The position numbers and the translations under genes are program-made. Under the pieces are notes generated by a model. It was given only the letters and a program-made list of their open reading frames with translations. It ran no database searches and was not told the DNA's origin. A DNA stretch of 64,000 bases, taken from positions 62,001 through 126,000 of the IMG/VR virus record IMGVR_UViG_3300037882_003354, one strand, 5' to 3'. Each line of letters begins with the position of its first letter. Positions within the stretch are counted from its first letter, which is position 1. Of this stretch, positions 63,519 to 64,000 are shown one piece after another.

Positions 63519-63542
63519 CAACCGGAGCGATCCTGCTATAAT
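63515..63542 (+). promoter_or_regulatory. early promoter cassette
   Basis: TTGACA-16-TATAAT with TGn. Confidence 0.85.
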
Positions 63543-63572
63543 GCTGACATGGACAACGCAAAGGAGCAGCAA

Positions 63573-63875
63573 ATGGAACTGAACACACGGCAGGTACGGG
63601 CAATTGCATTGAAGGCAACGGACAAGCCCTTCCACACTTGGACGGACAAGACCAGCGACTACGATGACGCACGACGCAGCGTGGTGTGGAGTTTTTATGG
63701 CACGGGTGGGGCACAGGCATTGTTTGACCTGTTGCAGGCAGAGTTTGCACGGCTGGGCGTGACGAATAAGTTGACGCTCACGGGCACTGCCTATGAATAC
63801 GTGCGCGTGATTGCACCCCTGGGCAATCTGCCTGCCCTGCGCTGGCAGGACTTGCCTGAAGTTTATCCCATCTGA
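63573..63875 (+). CDS. small early protein
   Basis: Start moved to 63573 (AAGGAG); 100 aa. Confidence 0.7.
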   Translation: MELNTRQVRAIALKATDKPFHTWTDKTSDYDDARRSVVWSFYGTGGAQALFDLLQAEFARLGVTNKLTLTGTAYEYVRVIAPLGNLPALRWQDLPEVYPI

Positions 63876-63889
63876 TGGTGGCAGGGTGC

Positions 63890-63918
63890 TTGACAACACC
63901 AGCACCCTGCGCTATAAT
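63890..63918 (+). promoter_or_regulatory. early promoter cassette
   Basis: TTGACA-17-TATAAT. Confidence 0.85.
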
Positions 63919-63951
63919 ACACACATGACGACGCAACAACAGGAGAGGCAA

Positions 63952-63999
63952 ATGACGGTGACCCAATACCTGATGACCCAGGGCTGCGGCCAGGAAGAG
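63952..63999 (+). CDS. early protein, partial (runs off window end)
   Basis: AGGAG SD then ATG ACG GTG ACC CAA TAC CTG ATG... Confidence 0.6.
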   Translation, partial: MTVTQYLMTQGCGQEE

Positions 64000-64000
64000 A

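Noticed and set aside
58253-63905. Long minus-strand ORFs over the early region (e.g. 58253..59074, 60458..61156, 61104..61817, 63240..63905)
   Set aside because: Antisense shadows of promoter/SD-supported plus-strand genes; no recognisable motifs or starts.
1-64000. Stop-codon reassignment
   Set aside because: Standard code gives long intact ORFs and dense packing; the only broken gene (19.3 kb) is a frame problem, not an in-frame stop.
57788-64000. Integron cassette array
   Set aside because: No attC-type inverted repeats or integrase; the repeats are promoters.

Overview
This 64 kb window is part of a large lytic tailed dsDNA phage genome with T4-type transcription signals; no capsid, portal, terminase, polymerase or integrase gene lies inside it. 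About 0.6-50 kb is mostly on the minus strand and is largely driven by a recurring TAAATA late-promoter motif. It holds putative head core/internal proteins, a long run of modular tail-fibre/adhesin genes (LamG, PA14, beta-propeller, C1q, YadA-like, Mtd_N and Hint domains) and auxiliary enzymes. The enzymes include a 1540-aa glycosyltransferase/methyltransferase polyprotein, ACP plus a ferritin-like di-iron enzyme, a papain-like protease, a secreted nuclease, IF-1, DNA ligase, a SleB-like hydrolase and homing-type nucleases. At about 56.6-57.8 kb gene orientation flips across a largely non-coding block with four precisely phased 53-bp repeats, DnaA boxes, tRNA-Leu(UAA), a GAGTA-rich tract and divergent promoters; this is a candidate replication origin. 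From 57.8 kb to the end is an array of small plus-strand early genes, nearly each with its own near-consensus sigma70 promoter cassette. All product calls come from reading motifs by eye; no searches were run. Several starts were moved relative to the ORF track using RBS/promoter context.
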